Position numbers and translations under genes: made by a program. The notes below the pieces were generated by a model that had not been told where the DNA came from, searched no databases, and was given only the letters and a program-made list of their open reading frames with translations. A stretch of 64,000 bases of DNA from Octopus vulgaris. Taxonomy: Eukaryota. Every line of letters begins with the position of its first letter. Position 1 is the stretch's first letter. Below, piece by piece: positions 1-14,467 of the stretch. The DNA lies in NCBI GenBank assembly GCA_951406725.2, contig OX597816.1:47616001-47680000 (forward strand). Reading direction: 5' to 3'.

Positions 1-343
1 TCAGTTTTGGCAAGGTTTTTACAGCTGGATGCTCTTCCAAACACCAACCACTTCACAGTGTGGACTGGGTGCATTTAAGTGGCACCTGCACTGACAGGGT
101 CACCAAGTACTTGCAAGACAAAAACTTTTAAATGGGGAGAAGGCATTGGAAGAGGTGATGATGAAAAGGTTAAAGTGAGACAGATATAGGTGTCTTGCTG
201 TAGAGGAACTACAAGGTTACCCGGCCGGAGAGAGAAAGATCAGGAATGAAGACAGAAACAGGTGTGCTACTGCAAAGAAAATACATGGATGTCCAACCCG
301 AGAGAAGTGCAGGAGAAGGAAAGAGAGAAAGAGTATGTATGTT

Positions 344-377
<34 letters not shown>

Positions 378-382
<5 letters not shown>

Positions 383-595
383 ATCCCTCACCATATTACA
401 GTTCACCTATTGCGGTTTATTATTTAAGCTTATGTTGATTCCTCTGTGGTGTTGGGTGTTGTTTTGCATTTATGATAAAATGAAAATATGCAAATTATTA
501 AAAAAATACTGTACAGTAGTGTTTCTACTTCATGAATTTTCACCTATTGTGGGGGATTTTGGAACATAACAACCGCAATAGTTGAGGTATTACTG
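378..595. mobile_element. Tigger/pogo-like MITE
   Basis: Imperfect terminal inverted repeats TAGTAATCCCTCA...TTGAGGTATTACTG in TA context; no ORF. Confidence 0.55.
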
Positions 596-931
<336 letters not shown>

Positions 932-3900
932 TGTATGTGTCTACTAAATTCTACTCGCTTGATATTTATTAACCGGAAACTAGAAGATACTGTCCAAGAT
1001 GTAACACAGCAGGATTGAACCAAGGGTCACATGATTTTAAAGCAAGCTTCTTAACCAGAGCCATATCTACACCTATTTGCAGGAAAATATATAGCACATA
1101 AAAAGAAAATATTGTATGAAGTTTGACTGAATTAGAAAATATCTGAAAGAAAATTAACATGTTTTAGTGAGAATATGGTAGATAGGAATCTGAAGACCTT
1201 GTCTTCAATAATGTTGCAGTGTTAATGATAATAAAGATAGTTCTTAATAATAGTTTGCAAAATTTTATCAAGTGACCAAAAAATGACTGCGAACTTTGCT
1301 ATTTATTAAAAATACTACCTTATATTTCAATTCATGCTTCAAACATTACATCAATAACAGAATAGAAGTAAATATTAATAACCTGTTCATGACCAGAGTT
1401 TGATTTTATGAGGAATTTCACAACACAAAGGAACAAGTATGGTTTCTGCAGGCTTGTCAAACCGACTTTCATCCAACTTATATTGAGGTCTTTTCTTGCT
1501 GGCTTGGAATGCTTGTGATATTTCTCTGAATAAAATGTAACACCATGTCTTCAAAAGGCTAAAAGTTCATTGCCTTTTTGCTTATGTATATTTTATGCAA
1601 CTCCCAGGCATTTATTCATTGATACATCAATCAAGCAGATAATAAGACAAGATTACCATTTTTTTTTTACCTTTGAATAGCAATCTTATATTTTGATGTT
1701 CTCATCCTTTTGCTCTGTTCCCATGTATCCATTATCAACTTTTAAGAGATGTGGTTGTGCTGTATAAGAATTGTGACTTTTAGGTAGTGATGAATAGTTA
1801 TGAAGCTTGGAAGACAGATTGAACTGCTGCTGCTGCTGTGTTTGGTCACACTTTTACTGTATTATTCTTTTTCCATCTGCACACTGGTATTTCATTGTAT
1901 GCATTCATTGAAATACCAAATGAAACTCTTTCTTCTTTTTTTTCCTCAATCCACTCTCTTTTCCTTTGGAGCAAACAGTTCTCATTGCTTTGACTAATTT
2001 TGCCTTCAATGCTGGTGAAAACCATTATCAATGCAGAAATATGATTTAGGAAAGTGTTCTAGAAAGATTTCAGTAAATTTGCAAAGAAGTATCTTTCTCT
2101 AATCCAAAACTGACCTCTTATTTTTATTCCAGTCACAAGGTTCTTTCTTGGTATGCATAAATGCTTCTCTGTCTCTACAACATTGCATTTCTTTATGTAT
2201 GAAATGGGAGGAGAGTATGTTTGTGATTCTATTTTATCCAAAATTTTTTCTCATACACAAATGCTAATGACCTAAATGTAGGGCATTGATATTTATAAAC
2301 ATGTTACAGAAAGACATTTGATCTATTGAATGTTCACCTTACAACACTGATCTCTCATCCTGGCCTGTAATGTTTTTTGATCAGAATAAACATGAAAGAG
2401 TAATAATTTGAAACCTTTGAGATACTGAAATAATTACCCGAGTGAAGAGGTTGCATACAAATTCTGAAATCAAAGGTTTAAGCAATTTTGGTAACTTCCT
2501 ATAGCAAACATATAACTTCAGTAGTCATAAACAATATTGTTTACATTTTACTGATGGACTTTTAAAATAAACCCATGTGGAAAATATTCCTTTTAAATTA
2601 AAAGATCATTTCCTATGAATATTTTTGAAGGTGGTCTATGTAAAAAGATGAAAGGCATAAATGAGTTAAAAAGGTGTTAAATGTTCTCACTATCCATTTG
2701 TTTCAACATATTTTTCTTCATATTTATTAAACAAATTTATTTAATATTTCTAGAGAAACATTATTAAATTATGCACTTTTTAATCACCTTAGCACATTAT
2801 CTGTTAGAACTATTGAATAATTAACTAAGTGACAAGATTGCAAGTGAATTTTATTTCCCTGCTCTAAACACAACATTCTTAATCAATGGATTTACATGAA
2901 TACAATGTACAGCTTAAGTTTTAAATATTTGTGTCCCAAAATTAAGTAAGCACCATGGTAAACTTTGCAAACCAATTCATAGCTAATATGCTGTTGTTTT
3001 TAGTGTTTGTTTTTTGGTTTTTGTCGTGCTGGATTGAAGCTTTTATAACTCAGAGAATAATGTCTCCCTGGAAGCAATAAAATCTGCACAAACAAGTTTT
3101 TTCAATAATGTTATTGTTGTGTTCTATTTGAAGCAATTATGATGAAAATATGTCTTTTATTATATTCCATAACTTTTATTGCAAAATATTGTTTTGCCAT
3201 TTTTTTTTCTTTTTCGATATCCATATCTTTGTAGAATTTTGGTGCCACCAAATATTTCTAACTTTCCTTTAATCTCAAGAGATAAATCAAAGGCACATTT
3301 AACTGACACAGCTGAAATAAATGTGATAAATTGCAGACACCTTGTTGCCAACAAAATTTACTCTTCAAGTGCTTGGCTTCTTCGGTAGATGTCTATTCCA
3401 TAATGTTATGATAAAAACAGAAATCAGAAAAAAAAACAAAAAACAAAACAAAACAAATAGAATTCATTTAAATTCTTGAAAATATTGTAATTGCAGAAAA
3501 CAAGAGTAAACAGCAGGACAAATGGAGCGTATTCTTTGTTCTGATTGGATGTAATTTAAATTTCAAATTTATATATATATATATACTTTTGTTTCTTTTC
3601 AATGATTCCTGTTTAATGCTTCTTCTGATTTTTCCATGCATGTGTATGCATGTATATGAGTGTGTATGTGAGTATATATGTGAGTGTGTATGTGAGTGTG
3701 TATGGGTGTGCATGCGTAAGAGACATTATATTAACAACAACATTTAGCATATTATATGATGCTTAGTTAATAACAGGCATGCAAAAACAAACATGCAAAC
3801 ATACAAACAAACAAACGAACAAAAACCGATGTTTTGTGATGGCAGTCATATACACAATATATGGAATTCGTCATTGTGACTTGGTTTTTTTTGTGTTTTT

Positions 3901-4223
3901 TTTGTTTGTCAGAGCGTGCATGTGTTATTTCCTGTGTTTGATATTGATTAAACAAATACACTCAGATGATTCTAGGTGATAGTTCAATGAAAATAATATT
4001 ACGTTTAGAAACCAAAATTCCTTTGTCAAAGTTCCGGTGTTCTTATCCTGACAGGATGAGCTGTCAGCTAATATTTTTTTTTTTCCTTCTTGTAGTTTAT
4101 AACAAATGTGAAAAATAGATAAGTGGAAACAGCCTAAAAGAAACAATTGGACGAAACCACAACAGGTGCAGCAGCAGCAGCATCAGCAGCAGCAGCATCA
4201 GCAGCATCAACAGCAGCAGTAGC

Positions 4224-4273
<50 letters not shown>

Positions 4274-4443
4274 ATCTTTCTGCCATTCCACAAGGCCTGC
4301 AATGTTTTCGATGGAGCGGTGCTAATCAATTATATCAACCCTACTCCTGCATAACTGTTACCTATTTTACCAACACCAAAACGATAAAAGATGGTCTCAA
4401 TCTCCAGTATTCAAAAGTAATAATAATAATAATAATAATAATG

Positions 4444-4504
<61 letters not shown>

Positions 4505-5344
4505 GAGAGCGAAGGTTTCATCCTGGCTGCTCAAGATCAAAGCCTATTGACCCGGAACTACCAGGCCAATGTGATGAAAAATGGAACAGACCCAAAATGC
4601 CGATTCTGCAACGACATGATTGAAACAGTGGACCACCTAATCTCTGGATGTAAAGTCTTAGCACCAGTGGAGTATAAATTAAGACATGACAGAGTTGGCC
4701 AATATCTCCACTGGCTAATAAGTCGGCATTACAATATCAAAACTGCCGACAAGTGGTATAATCACCACCCTGAGGCTGTAACTGAAGGAGAAAATGTAAC
4801 CATTCTGTGGGACTTTCCAGTACATACAGACCGAACCATCAAGGCCAATAAACCAGATATTGTTGTGAAAGACCAAAACAATAAAGTTTGCTTATTGATC
4901 GACATGAGCATCCCCTGTGATCATAATATCTCAGCGAAAGAGTTTGACAAGCTCAGAAAATATAAAGACCTACTCATTGAAATTGAGAAAATGTGGCATC
5001 TCAAGGCGGTTACAATACCAGTGATCGTAGGAGCACTAGGAATGATCAAGAAGGGAACCGAAAATTAGATGAGAATGATCCCTGGCTTACCATCCCTGCA
5101 AGAAGTGCAAAAGATTGTCTTAACTGGTACATCACACGTATTGAGAAGAGCATTGTCGATGTGAGAATTGTTGCTGCTCATGTATTTTAATTTAACTTTA
5201 AAAAAACAAAACAAAAAAAAAAAAATGAACGAACTACTGAGTTTGGTTTAATGGCCTACCAATGTACACTATGAGTTTCTTTGCCCTAGGAGTCGGGAAG
5301 ACACTCGGCAAGAAATGGAAGCAAATTTGAAAGAAGAAAAAAAA

Positions 5345-5345
<1 letters not shown>
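4505..5345 (+). mobile_element. 5'-truncated Dong/R4-like RLE non-LTR retrotransposon (copy 1)
   Basis: ORF 4547-5068: CCHC knuckle CRFC...HLISGC, RHD, RLE motif KPDIVV...D...K; flanked both sides by (TAA)n; premature stop at 5068. Confidence 0.9.
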
Positions 5346-5402
<57 letters not shown>

Positions 5403-5419
5403 CGACAACAACAACAATA

Positions 5420-5625
5420 ATAGTTTAGAACTTTGGTAACTGGCCAGCAATTTCTGCTGAGGGAATAAGTCAAAAACATCAATTCCAGAACTCAATGGGT
5501 ACTTATTTTATCAACCCTGAAAGGATGAAAAGCAAAGTCAACCTTGGTAGAGTCTGAACACAGAATGTAAAGACAGATGAAATGCCACTCAGCATGGTGA
5601 CAATTCTGCCAACTTACAACCTTAG
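5420..5625 (-). mobile_element. SINE family B (Nin-like domain), degenerate
   Basis: Reverse-complement match to the 63118 copy. Confidence 0.7.
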
Positions 5626-5656
5626 TAAAAATAATAATAATATTAATGATAATAAT

Positions 5657-5700
<44 letters not shown>

Positions 5701-5721
5701 TGATAATAATAATAATAATAA

Positions 5722-7498
5722 TATTCCAGGGAGACACGCTCTCTCCACTCCTTTTCTGCTTGGCACTGTCACCTCTATCTGATATGCTAAATAGAACTGG
5801 ATGCGGATATAAATGTTACGGCAAAACGATCAGCCACCTTTTATATATGGATGACCTAAAACTATACGCTGCAAATGACAAACAGCTGGAAACACTATTA
5901 AAGACAGTTCATGGATTTACCAAAGGAATAGATATGAAATTTGGATTAGAAAAATGCGCCAAAGTAACCATGAAAAGAGGAAAACTAGTTAAGAGTAACA
6001 ACATCACACTAGATAAAACCAATGAAATAAAAGAATTAGACCAAAGCCAAACTTACAAATACTTAGGAATCCATGAACTAGATAAGACACAACACACACA
6101 AATGAAAGAGAAAATAAAAAAAGAATATTATAGACGAGTTAGATCAATACTAAAAACAGAGCTCAATGCTAAAAACAAGATAATAGGTATCAACACTTTA
6201 GCTGTCCCAGTTATAAGTTACAGCTACAATATCCTTAACTGGACACGAAATGAACTGTCCAAAATAGATATGAAAACAAGAAAAATACTGACAGGATCTA
6301 GGATGCATCACCCAAAATCTGACATAGAAAGACTATATATACAACGTATAGAAGGTGGTAGAGGCCTTATACAGCTGGAAAACTACTATAAAATAACCAC
6401 CATAGGACTGCAAAAATACCTACTTCAGAAGGAAGGGAAACTGATCCAGATAGCAGCAAAACATGAGCAAAACAAAAAACTGTTCTCAGTATTTAAGGAA
6501 GCTGACAAATACAAACAAGAAATCATACCACCTAATAAACACAAAGAAGAAGAAGAAGATGATGAAGAAACAACAAAAGCTATAAAACAAATGAAATCCA
6601 AACTAAAAATAGAACAGCAACGAGCCATGATAAAACGATGGCAAGAAAAACCCCTTCATGGTAAATACTGCACTAAACTAAACGCAAAAGAAATAGACAA
6701 AGAAAAATCCCAGCAATGGTTGAGAAGCTCAGGGCTCAAAGCAGAAACAGAGGGATTTTTAATTGCAGCACAAGACCAAAGCCTCTCCACCAGAAATTAC
6801 CAAAAACATGTAATGAAAAGAAATATTACAAGTAACTGCAGAATATGTGGAGATGGACAAGAAACAATAAATCATATTATCTCTAGCTGCCCAGTCCTGG
6901 CTAAGAAGGAATATATTCACAGACATGACAGAGTTGGAACCTACATACATTGGAAGCTATGCCAACATTATGGAATAACAACAGAAAAAAGATGGTATAG
7001 GCACACACCAGAAAAGGTCACAGAAAACGAGAAAGCAACCATACTCTGGGATATGCCGATACACACAGATAGAGAAATTAAGGCCAACAGACCAGATATA
7101 GTTGTCAGAGATCATGAAGAAAAAAATGCTTTCTAATTGATGTATCAATACCGGCAGATGACAACGTGTCTCTAAAAGAAATGGAGAAACTCTCAAAATA
7201 CAAAGACCTGGAAATAGAGGTAACTAGAATGTGGAACCTGAAAACAGAAACAATTCCTATCATAGTAGGTGCATTAGGCATGATAAAAAATATTCAGACA
7301 AATACATAACAAAAACACCAGGACTTACAAACACATATAACATACAGAAAATTGCACTACTAGGCACTGCACACATCCTACGCAGAACACTTTCCATACA
7401 ATAACCATCAGAGCATCACAACAAATCACAGCACATACCCAAGGCACACAGAGCTGCGCTCGGTAGTGAAGTGAAAGCACGCTATAAAAATAAAACTA

Positions 7499-7501
<3 letters not shown>
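5722..7501 (+). mobile_element. 5'-truncated Dong/R4-like RLE non-LTR retrotransposon (copy 2)
   Basis: RT motifs FQGDTLSPLLF and HLLYMDDLKLYA, CCHC CRIC...HIISSC, RHD, RPDIVV; frameshift in A-run near 7120; (TAA)n on both sides. Confidence 0.93.
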
Positions 7502-7535
<34 letters not shown>

Positions 7536-7549
7536 TAATAAGGATAATG

Positions 7550-7585
<36 letters not shown>

Positions 7586-7794
7586 TAATAAGGATAATGA
7601 TAATAATAATAATAATTATAATAATAATAAAATAATAATGATAATAATAATAATAATAATAATAAATCTAAGTGAATTCTGAATACAACAAATTTCGGAA
7701 TTAGACATACAAGTAACAAGCACAGAAAAATCTAAGTGCATGAAAACCCGTGCTAAAACTGCATGACGACGACGACGACGACGACGATGATGAT

Positions 7795-8290
7795 TGCCCT
7801 GATGCAGTACCAGGCAGTGGTTCTCATAGATTCTGATCTTAACTGATTGGAAGTGTTATCATGTACATTCAATACCACAGTGCTTGTCAGTCACTTGACC
7901 TTAACCAATGAAGTATGTCCCTTAGTGGCTGATGATATGACCATCTCTGATCATAAGCACAAGTAGTAGGGGAGCATCATAGTCATGTGTTGAGAGGGAT
8001 TCTTCAAGAAGAATTCATGGGTGTTTTGTTCATCATCCTTAAACAAACCTTATTCAGGGATTTTTTTGAATGGGATGGGCTACTCAAACTCAAGAAAATT
8101 CTAACTGGGCCCTACCTGCTAGGACATGCACTATTTGTCTTGATATAAGGTCAGCATGTCACGCACAAATGGTTGTGAAGCATGTGCCTGGTTTACCCTT
8201 ATCAGACGGATAGTTATGATAAGCTTCGTATATTGTACTCCAGTGTCACTTAATAACATGCATTGCTCTCTTACTCAATAATAATAATAA
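7795..8290 (+). mobile_element. Unclassified repeat fragment ending in (TAA)n, possibly a LINE 3' UTR
   Basis: Non-simple sequence between microsatellites ending CTCAATAATAATAA. Confidence 0.3.
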
Positions 8291-8689
8291 AGATGATGAT
8301 GATAATAATTATCCTTCCTACTATAGGCGCAAGGTCTGAAATTTTGTGGGAGAGAACTAGTTAATTATATTGTACCCCAAAAGGACAAAAGGTAAAGTTA
8401 ACCTCAGTAGAATGTTTGAACTCAGAATGTAGAGACAAATGAAATGCTGCTAAGTATTTCATCCAACATGCTAGTGGTTCTGCCAACTTGCCCCTTTAAT
8501 AATGATGATAATAATCCTTTCTACTAGAGGCATAATTTTGTGGTGATGCCAGTGGTGGGTGCTAGTCAATGACATTGACTCCAGCATCCATATGGTACTT
8601 ATTTCATCAACCCCCTCAGAACATAAAGCTGGAAGAAATCCCACAATGTATTTTTGCTGGAATGGTAACAATTCTGTCCGCTCACCACC

Positions 8690-8737
8690 TTAATAATAAT
8701 ACTAATGATAATAGTAATAATAATCATAATGATGAGG

Positions 8738-8774
<37 letters not shown>

Positions 8775-8775
8775 C

Positions 8776-8835
<60 letters not shown>

Positions 8836-8836
8836 A

Positions 8837-8889
<53 letters not shown>

Positions 8890-8890
8890 A

Positions 8891-8940
<50 letters not shown>

Positions 8941-8995
8941 AATAATAATAATGATCATAATAATAACGATAAGAATAATAATAATAGTTATAATG
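8690..8995. repeat. (AAT)n/(GAT)n microsatellite
   Basis: Seen directly. Confidence 0.97.
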
Positions 8996-9069
8996 ATGCT
9001 TTCCTCATTAACAACTACATCTTCCTTGATTAACAAAAAAATGATGTAAATGATGGTTTTATGGATTCT

Positions 9070-10620
9070 GGATCAACTGTTAATTGACAAAATGATTCTT
9101 GACGATCGTCACAACAAAAAGAAAAAAGAAAAAAGAAACATCTCTCAGTGGCGCTGAGAGACCACAAGAAGGCTTTTGACGGTCTCCCTCACAGCTGGAT
9201 AAAAGAATGCTGGGAGATGTTCAAAATCTCACCAGTAATCAGGAAGTTTGCATCTCACACCATGAAGCGCTGAAAAACAACATTAATTCTCAACACTGAC
9301 ACTACAAATATAAACATTGGACAACTCTATATTAATTGCGGAATCTTTCAAGGAGACTCATTATCTCCTTTGTTATTCTGTTCAGCACTGTTTCCTCTAA
9401 GTAAACACCTGAATGGAACAAAATGTAGAAACAGGGAATATGAAAAAAAAAAAAACCCGGTTAATCATCTCTTCTCTACGGAAGATTTGAAACTGTTCAC
9501 AAAAAATGTTCAGCAGTTGCAAGCTCTCTTACCTGCAGTCAAACATGTAGTGATAACATCAAATGGAATTTGAACCTGGCAAATGCACCTAGGCTGCATT
9601 TACCAAGGGAAGACTATCAAACACATTCAGCATCACTATAGATAGAGACACCGAGATGAAAAATTAGAACCTAAGGACAGTTTTAACTAGGAGTAGATAA
9701 AGGAGATGGGATTAAACTCTCACTAATGAAAGGAAATATAAGGAAGGAGTACTATAGAAGAGTAAGAAAACTGAGCTGAATACCAAAAGCAAGATTGAGA
9801 CCATAAACACACTGGCCATGCCTGTAATCACCTACAGCTTCAATTTTATAAATTAATCCCTCTCTAAGGTCAACAAAGCTGGTATCAAAATATGAAGGCT
9901 GATGACAATGCATCATAGCCGTCGCTCCAAAGCAAACACAAATTGAATATATCTCCTGAGAAAAGAAGTTGGTTGGGGGTTGATACAATCTCAGCTCTCA
10001 TTAAAAATTGCAACCATAGGACTTTCTGCTTATCTGCAACAAGCAAACGACAGGACGTTAAAGCTGGTTTTGAGGCTTGAAGATATCAAAACGTTGTATG
10101 AGGGGACAAAAATACAAAAATATACCTCTAAGAAATGCATCTAGATAAACCAGTACCTGAAGAAAATGTGTCCACAACAGACAAGGCAAAACAAATAAAA
10201 CTGTAGTTAAACAAACTAGGCTGAAATATATTAAGGAGAAATGTGAGCAAAGGCCACTGCATGGCAAGTACCTGAATAGAATCAGGGACCCTGATGTTGA
10301 TCAAACTCTTACTCATCAGTGGCTCTAATGCACTTGTATTCAACCAGAAATGAAGGGGTATATCATTGCTGCTCAGGAGAAGTCCCTTCCATCTAGGAAT
10401 TATCAAAATTATGTCCTGAAACATGAAAGCAGCTCATCATACTGTATATGCAGAGTGCACCTAGAGATAATTCACCACATAATCTCTGGATGCAGCAATA
10501 TGGCACCAACAATACTTGCAAAGGCATGACAAGGCAGTTCAGTACATACACTGGCCAATATACTGCACACATAACCTCCCTCCCAAAAATGATTGGTGGG
10601 AACACAAGTCAAAGGCAATC
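9070..10620 (+). mobile_element. Old degenerate Dong/R4-like LINE (copy 3)
   Basis: Residual motifs KAFDGLPHSWI, GIFQGDSLSPLLF, NHLFSTEDLKLF, RHDKAV; many stops and frameshifts. Confidence 0.85.
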
Positions 10621-10867
10621 CTAGCTTCAGAGTTCTTACTGTTGGTTTCTTCTTCAATTTTTACACCTGTTGACGGTGTTAATGCCAAGATAGGCAAACC
10701 AGTCAGATTTCTGAGAATTGTCATTTACCATGACCTGAAGCTCTCTGTACAGGTTTCTAAACATAGGTCAGTGTATAAATTTATTCTTCTTTACAGCTTC
10801 CTTTACTTTGTGATGGCTTGAAGATGGTTGGTGTTGTATCATTTACATTTAATATAACACCTGATGC

Positions 10868-11075
10868 AAGGTGGCAGACTGGCAGAAACATAAGCATGCT
10901 GGGAAAAATGCTTGACAGCATTTTGTCTGTTCTTGTGTTCTGAGTTCAAATTCTGCCAAGGTTGACGTTGCCTTTCATTCTTTTGGGGGTCGATAAAATA
11001 AGTACCAGTTGTACATGGGGGAGCGGGGGGGGATCAATTTAATCGACTGCACCCCCTCCTCCAAAATTGCTGGCT
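10868..11075 (+). mobile_element. SINE family B
   Basis: AAGGTGGCAGACTGGCAGAA head, GAGTTCAAA B box, GCCTTTCAT...GGGGTCGATAAAATAAGTACC domain. Confidence 0.8.
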
Positions 11076-11359
11076 TTGATGCAGATGCAGATGGTACAGC
11101 TGTTAAAACCTCAGTCAGCACTGCCGTAAACATTAAGCCTAAAATGAATTCCATTCTTAAACTACCATTATTACACAAGCTTATGAGAAAGCCTCTATGT
11201 AGTCGTCCAGTCTGTAAGAAATAGCAACAAAATTCTCTTATTTATCAACATAATCTCAAAATACCTTTAAAAGATTGGATAGTCAAGGCTGGAAGGCTGT
11301 TTAATCATAGGTCTTCTCAGTCAATATTGATCTGGATAAACATTAAAATATTAACTGGC

Positions 11360-11670
11360 ACATCGTCAGTTATGACGATGAGGGTTCCAGTTGATCTGAT
11401 CAATGGAACAGCCTGCTCATGAAATTATTGTTCAAGTGGCTGAGTACTTCACAGATGCACATATCCTTCACGCAGTTCTCAGGGAGATTCAGTGTGACAG
11501 AAAATGTGATAAAGCCGACCCTTTGAATTACTGGTACAACTCATTTTTGACAGCTGAGTTGACAGGAGCAATGTGAAATAAAGTGTCTTGCTCAAGGACA
11601 CAATGTGTTGCTTGGAATTGAACTCATGATTGTAAGACCATGACCGAATGCCCTAACCACTAAGCCATAA
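11360..11670 (-). mobile_element. tRNA-derived SINE family C
   Basis: Minus-strand GGCTTAGTGGTTAGGGCA head, GAGTTCAATTCC B box, CTTGAGCAAGACACTT block shared with 14690, 31560 and 47105 copies. Confidence 0.75.
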
Positions 11671-12114
11671 TGTTAACAAGAATAAAAACAACCTACTGTA
11701 CATGCAAGATATTCATTGTTATATTTTTTCATATCTTTTACTGGTTTCACTTATTGTATTAAGGTTATGTTGAATCACTGCCTGGAAGCATTTTATTATG
11801 ATATATTGTCTCGAGTGCTTCATCTGGTACTAGAGAAAATGCCATAAGGAATGAAAAGAAAATCTATGCATGGTGTTAAAGAACGTGTAGCTTGGCTGAA
11901 ACTAAGAACCACAAAACATTTTTGTTTTATGCATTGGTTTCCTTCAACCATACTTCTCCTCTTCTCTTCCTTATATTGATACCTATCTCTCTCTCTCTCT
12001 CAGTGTCTATCTTTCTCTTTCTGTCTCTCTACTCTTGATGAAGTTTGTTATCTATGTATAAGGTGATAATCCGAGTTTTAAGTGTATTAATTTTGAAACT
12101 AAACAGTAATCTAT

Positions 12115-12472
12115 ACTTTTTTACTCTTTTACTCTTTTACTTGTTTCAGTCATTTGACTGTGGCCATGCTGGAGCACTGCCTTTAGTCGAGCAAATCGAC
12201 CCTGGGACTTATTCTTTGTAAGCCCAGTACTTATTCTATCGGTCTCTTTTGCCGAACCGCTAAGTGACGGGGACGTAAACACACCAGCATCGGTTATCAA
12301 GCAATGCTAGGGGGACAAACACAGACACACAAACACATATATATATACATATATACGACAGGCTTCTTTCAGTTTCCGTCTACCAAATCCACTCACAAGG
12401 CATTGGTCGGCCCAGGGCTATAGCAGAAGACACTTGCCCAAGATGCCACGCAGTGGGACTGAACCTGGAACC
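12115..12472 (-). mobile_element. tRNA-derived SINE family A
   Basis: Near-identical to many copies in window; (AAAGAGTA)n tail; B box GGTTCAGTCCC. Confidence 0.88.
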
Positions 12473-12781
12473 GTATAAATATTATTATATTGTGAATTCA
12501 ATATATTCATTTTATTATCAATTCTTATGTCACATGTTCGGATTCATCTACTACTCTGTTCTAGTCTGCTACTCTCCTCTGTTCTACTCTGCTGTGTTCC
12601 TGACGTTTAGGCTTCTCCTTCTATATCTACGTTTTGGGCTAGCCTACTTCATCGTCTGGGGGCGTCCACACAACATCACTATCAATATTTATGTTTATAA
12701 AATGTATTTTTATGTTGTAATGAAACAAGTGTTACAACAGAATTAAAAATAATACTATAAATTCCAGTCTTTGTTTATATA

Positions 12782-13894
12782 TGAGGTGCTTTCAAAAAAG
12801 TATCTGAATTTATTTTTTCCTTCCAAAACTAATGCCACGTGGATAAAATCCTCAGAGTAGGAGGTGACGCCACCCTTCCTGCACATACCTGAAAATTTTT
12901 GTGCTGGTAGGTTGTGTCAGTTCTTGGCTGTTATGCCTGGAGTACAGACGTGTAGTGCACATTTGTCGGATTTTCATTTTTACCAAATCCATCAACTTTT
13001 GCCAATAGCTTGGTGATACTCAAGCCCAAACTATCCAGAAGATTCAACAGGCTTTTGGCGATGTTGCCATGAGTAAAACTCAGATCAAGGAGTTGTACAA
13101 CTGCTTCAAACATAGTTGCACCTTAGTGGAGAGTGAGACACACTTAGACAGACCATCCACAAATCTAAAGAAGGAGCTGATTGAGAAGGTTCAGGTAATA
13201 GCCATGAAAGGCTACTGTGTAACAATCCAGGAAATTGCTCATGAAGTGGGAATTAGCACAGGAACAGTGCTTATTTTAACCCTTTTGTTACTGTATTTCT
13301 GTTGAGATGCTCTGTGTTTCTTTCAGTACTTTAAATATATAACAAAGAATTTAGTAAAATAACTTAGTTATCATTCAGCTAGTGTTAGGAACATAAATTG
13401 TGACTAAGGAATGGTGGAAGATTTTAATTCAAAACTTATGGAAACAAGACATTTGTACTCAGAGCCAGAGCCAGTTTCAGCCGGGTTGGTAACGAAAGGG
13501 TTAACAAGATATTTGTGCTTGCAGAGAGTGAAATTCATCCTCAAGGCGCTTGTGGAGCAGTAGAAGCAACTCCATGTAGAAATCACTCAAAACATGCTGA
13601 ACTGTGCAAACCACAACCCAGACTTTATGAAGACCATCCTCACTGGTGATAAGACATGGATTTATGGTCTCTGCTCAATGTGCTCGTTCATCTTGCATGA
13701 AAAAAATCCAATGAGTGTGCACTAAACCTGTGTACTCTAGGTGCAACAGCCAGGAATTGATGTGGCCTACTAGTATGAAAATTTTCACACATGCACAGGA
13801 AGAATGATGTCACCTTCCAACCAAAGGATTTTGCCATGCAGCATTAATTTTAGTGAGGAAAAAGCAAAGCTGGATACTCTTTGAATGCACCTCG
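12782..13894 (+). mobile_element. Internally deleted mariner element with long (~200 bp) TIRs
   Basis: TIR TGAGGTGCTTTCAAA / TTTGAATGCACCTCG with TA flanks; HTH remnant VTIQEIAHEVGISTGTV and TILTGDKTWIYG. Confidence 0.85.
13280..13500. mobile_element. piggyBac-like MITE nested in mariner
   Basis: TTAA|CCCTTTTGTTAC...GTAACGAAAGGG|TTAA. Confidence 0.8.
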
Positions 13895-14467
13895 TATATA
13901 TGAGAATTCTGTTTGATTTATGCAAGAATGGATGATGATGATGATGATGTGATATGCGTGTGTGTGCGTACACGTCTAGCAGGCTTCTACACAGTTTTGT
14001 TTCCCAAATTTTCCTCATAAAACTTTGGTCAATTCAGAGCAATGACAGACATAAAGCACTCGTTCAAAACTCCATGTAGTGATATTGAATCTTAAAGCCT
14101 GTGATTGTAAGGGGAATTTCTTAGCCATAGGATCAGACTTCCACTTATAAATCAACTATGCTCCTACAATGTTCATTACATGTTAATAATTGAGAAAAAC
14201 TTATTGTTTTAGTAGAAACAAAAGCAGTGAGATGACAGAACTTTTAGCACATCTAAACATAATACTTAATGACATTTCTTCCAATTCTTTATGTTCACTG
14301 TTCAAATTCTTCCAAGGCTGACTTTACTTGTTGTCCTTTCAGTGTTGATGAAATAATTACTACCTTGAGAACTGGGGTCAATGTAAAGGATTAACCCCCA
14401 TCCCTAAATTGCTTGCCTCATGCCCAAATTTTCAAACCATTATTTTAAGAACAAACTCTAAGATTAA

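Noticed and set aside
3179-3388. Possible host exon (also 29820-30170)
   Set aside because: No recognisable domain or consistent spliced frame
5646-5721. Poly-Ile leader resembling a signal peptide
   Set aside because: (TAA)n target site upstream of a truncated LINE
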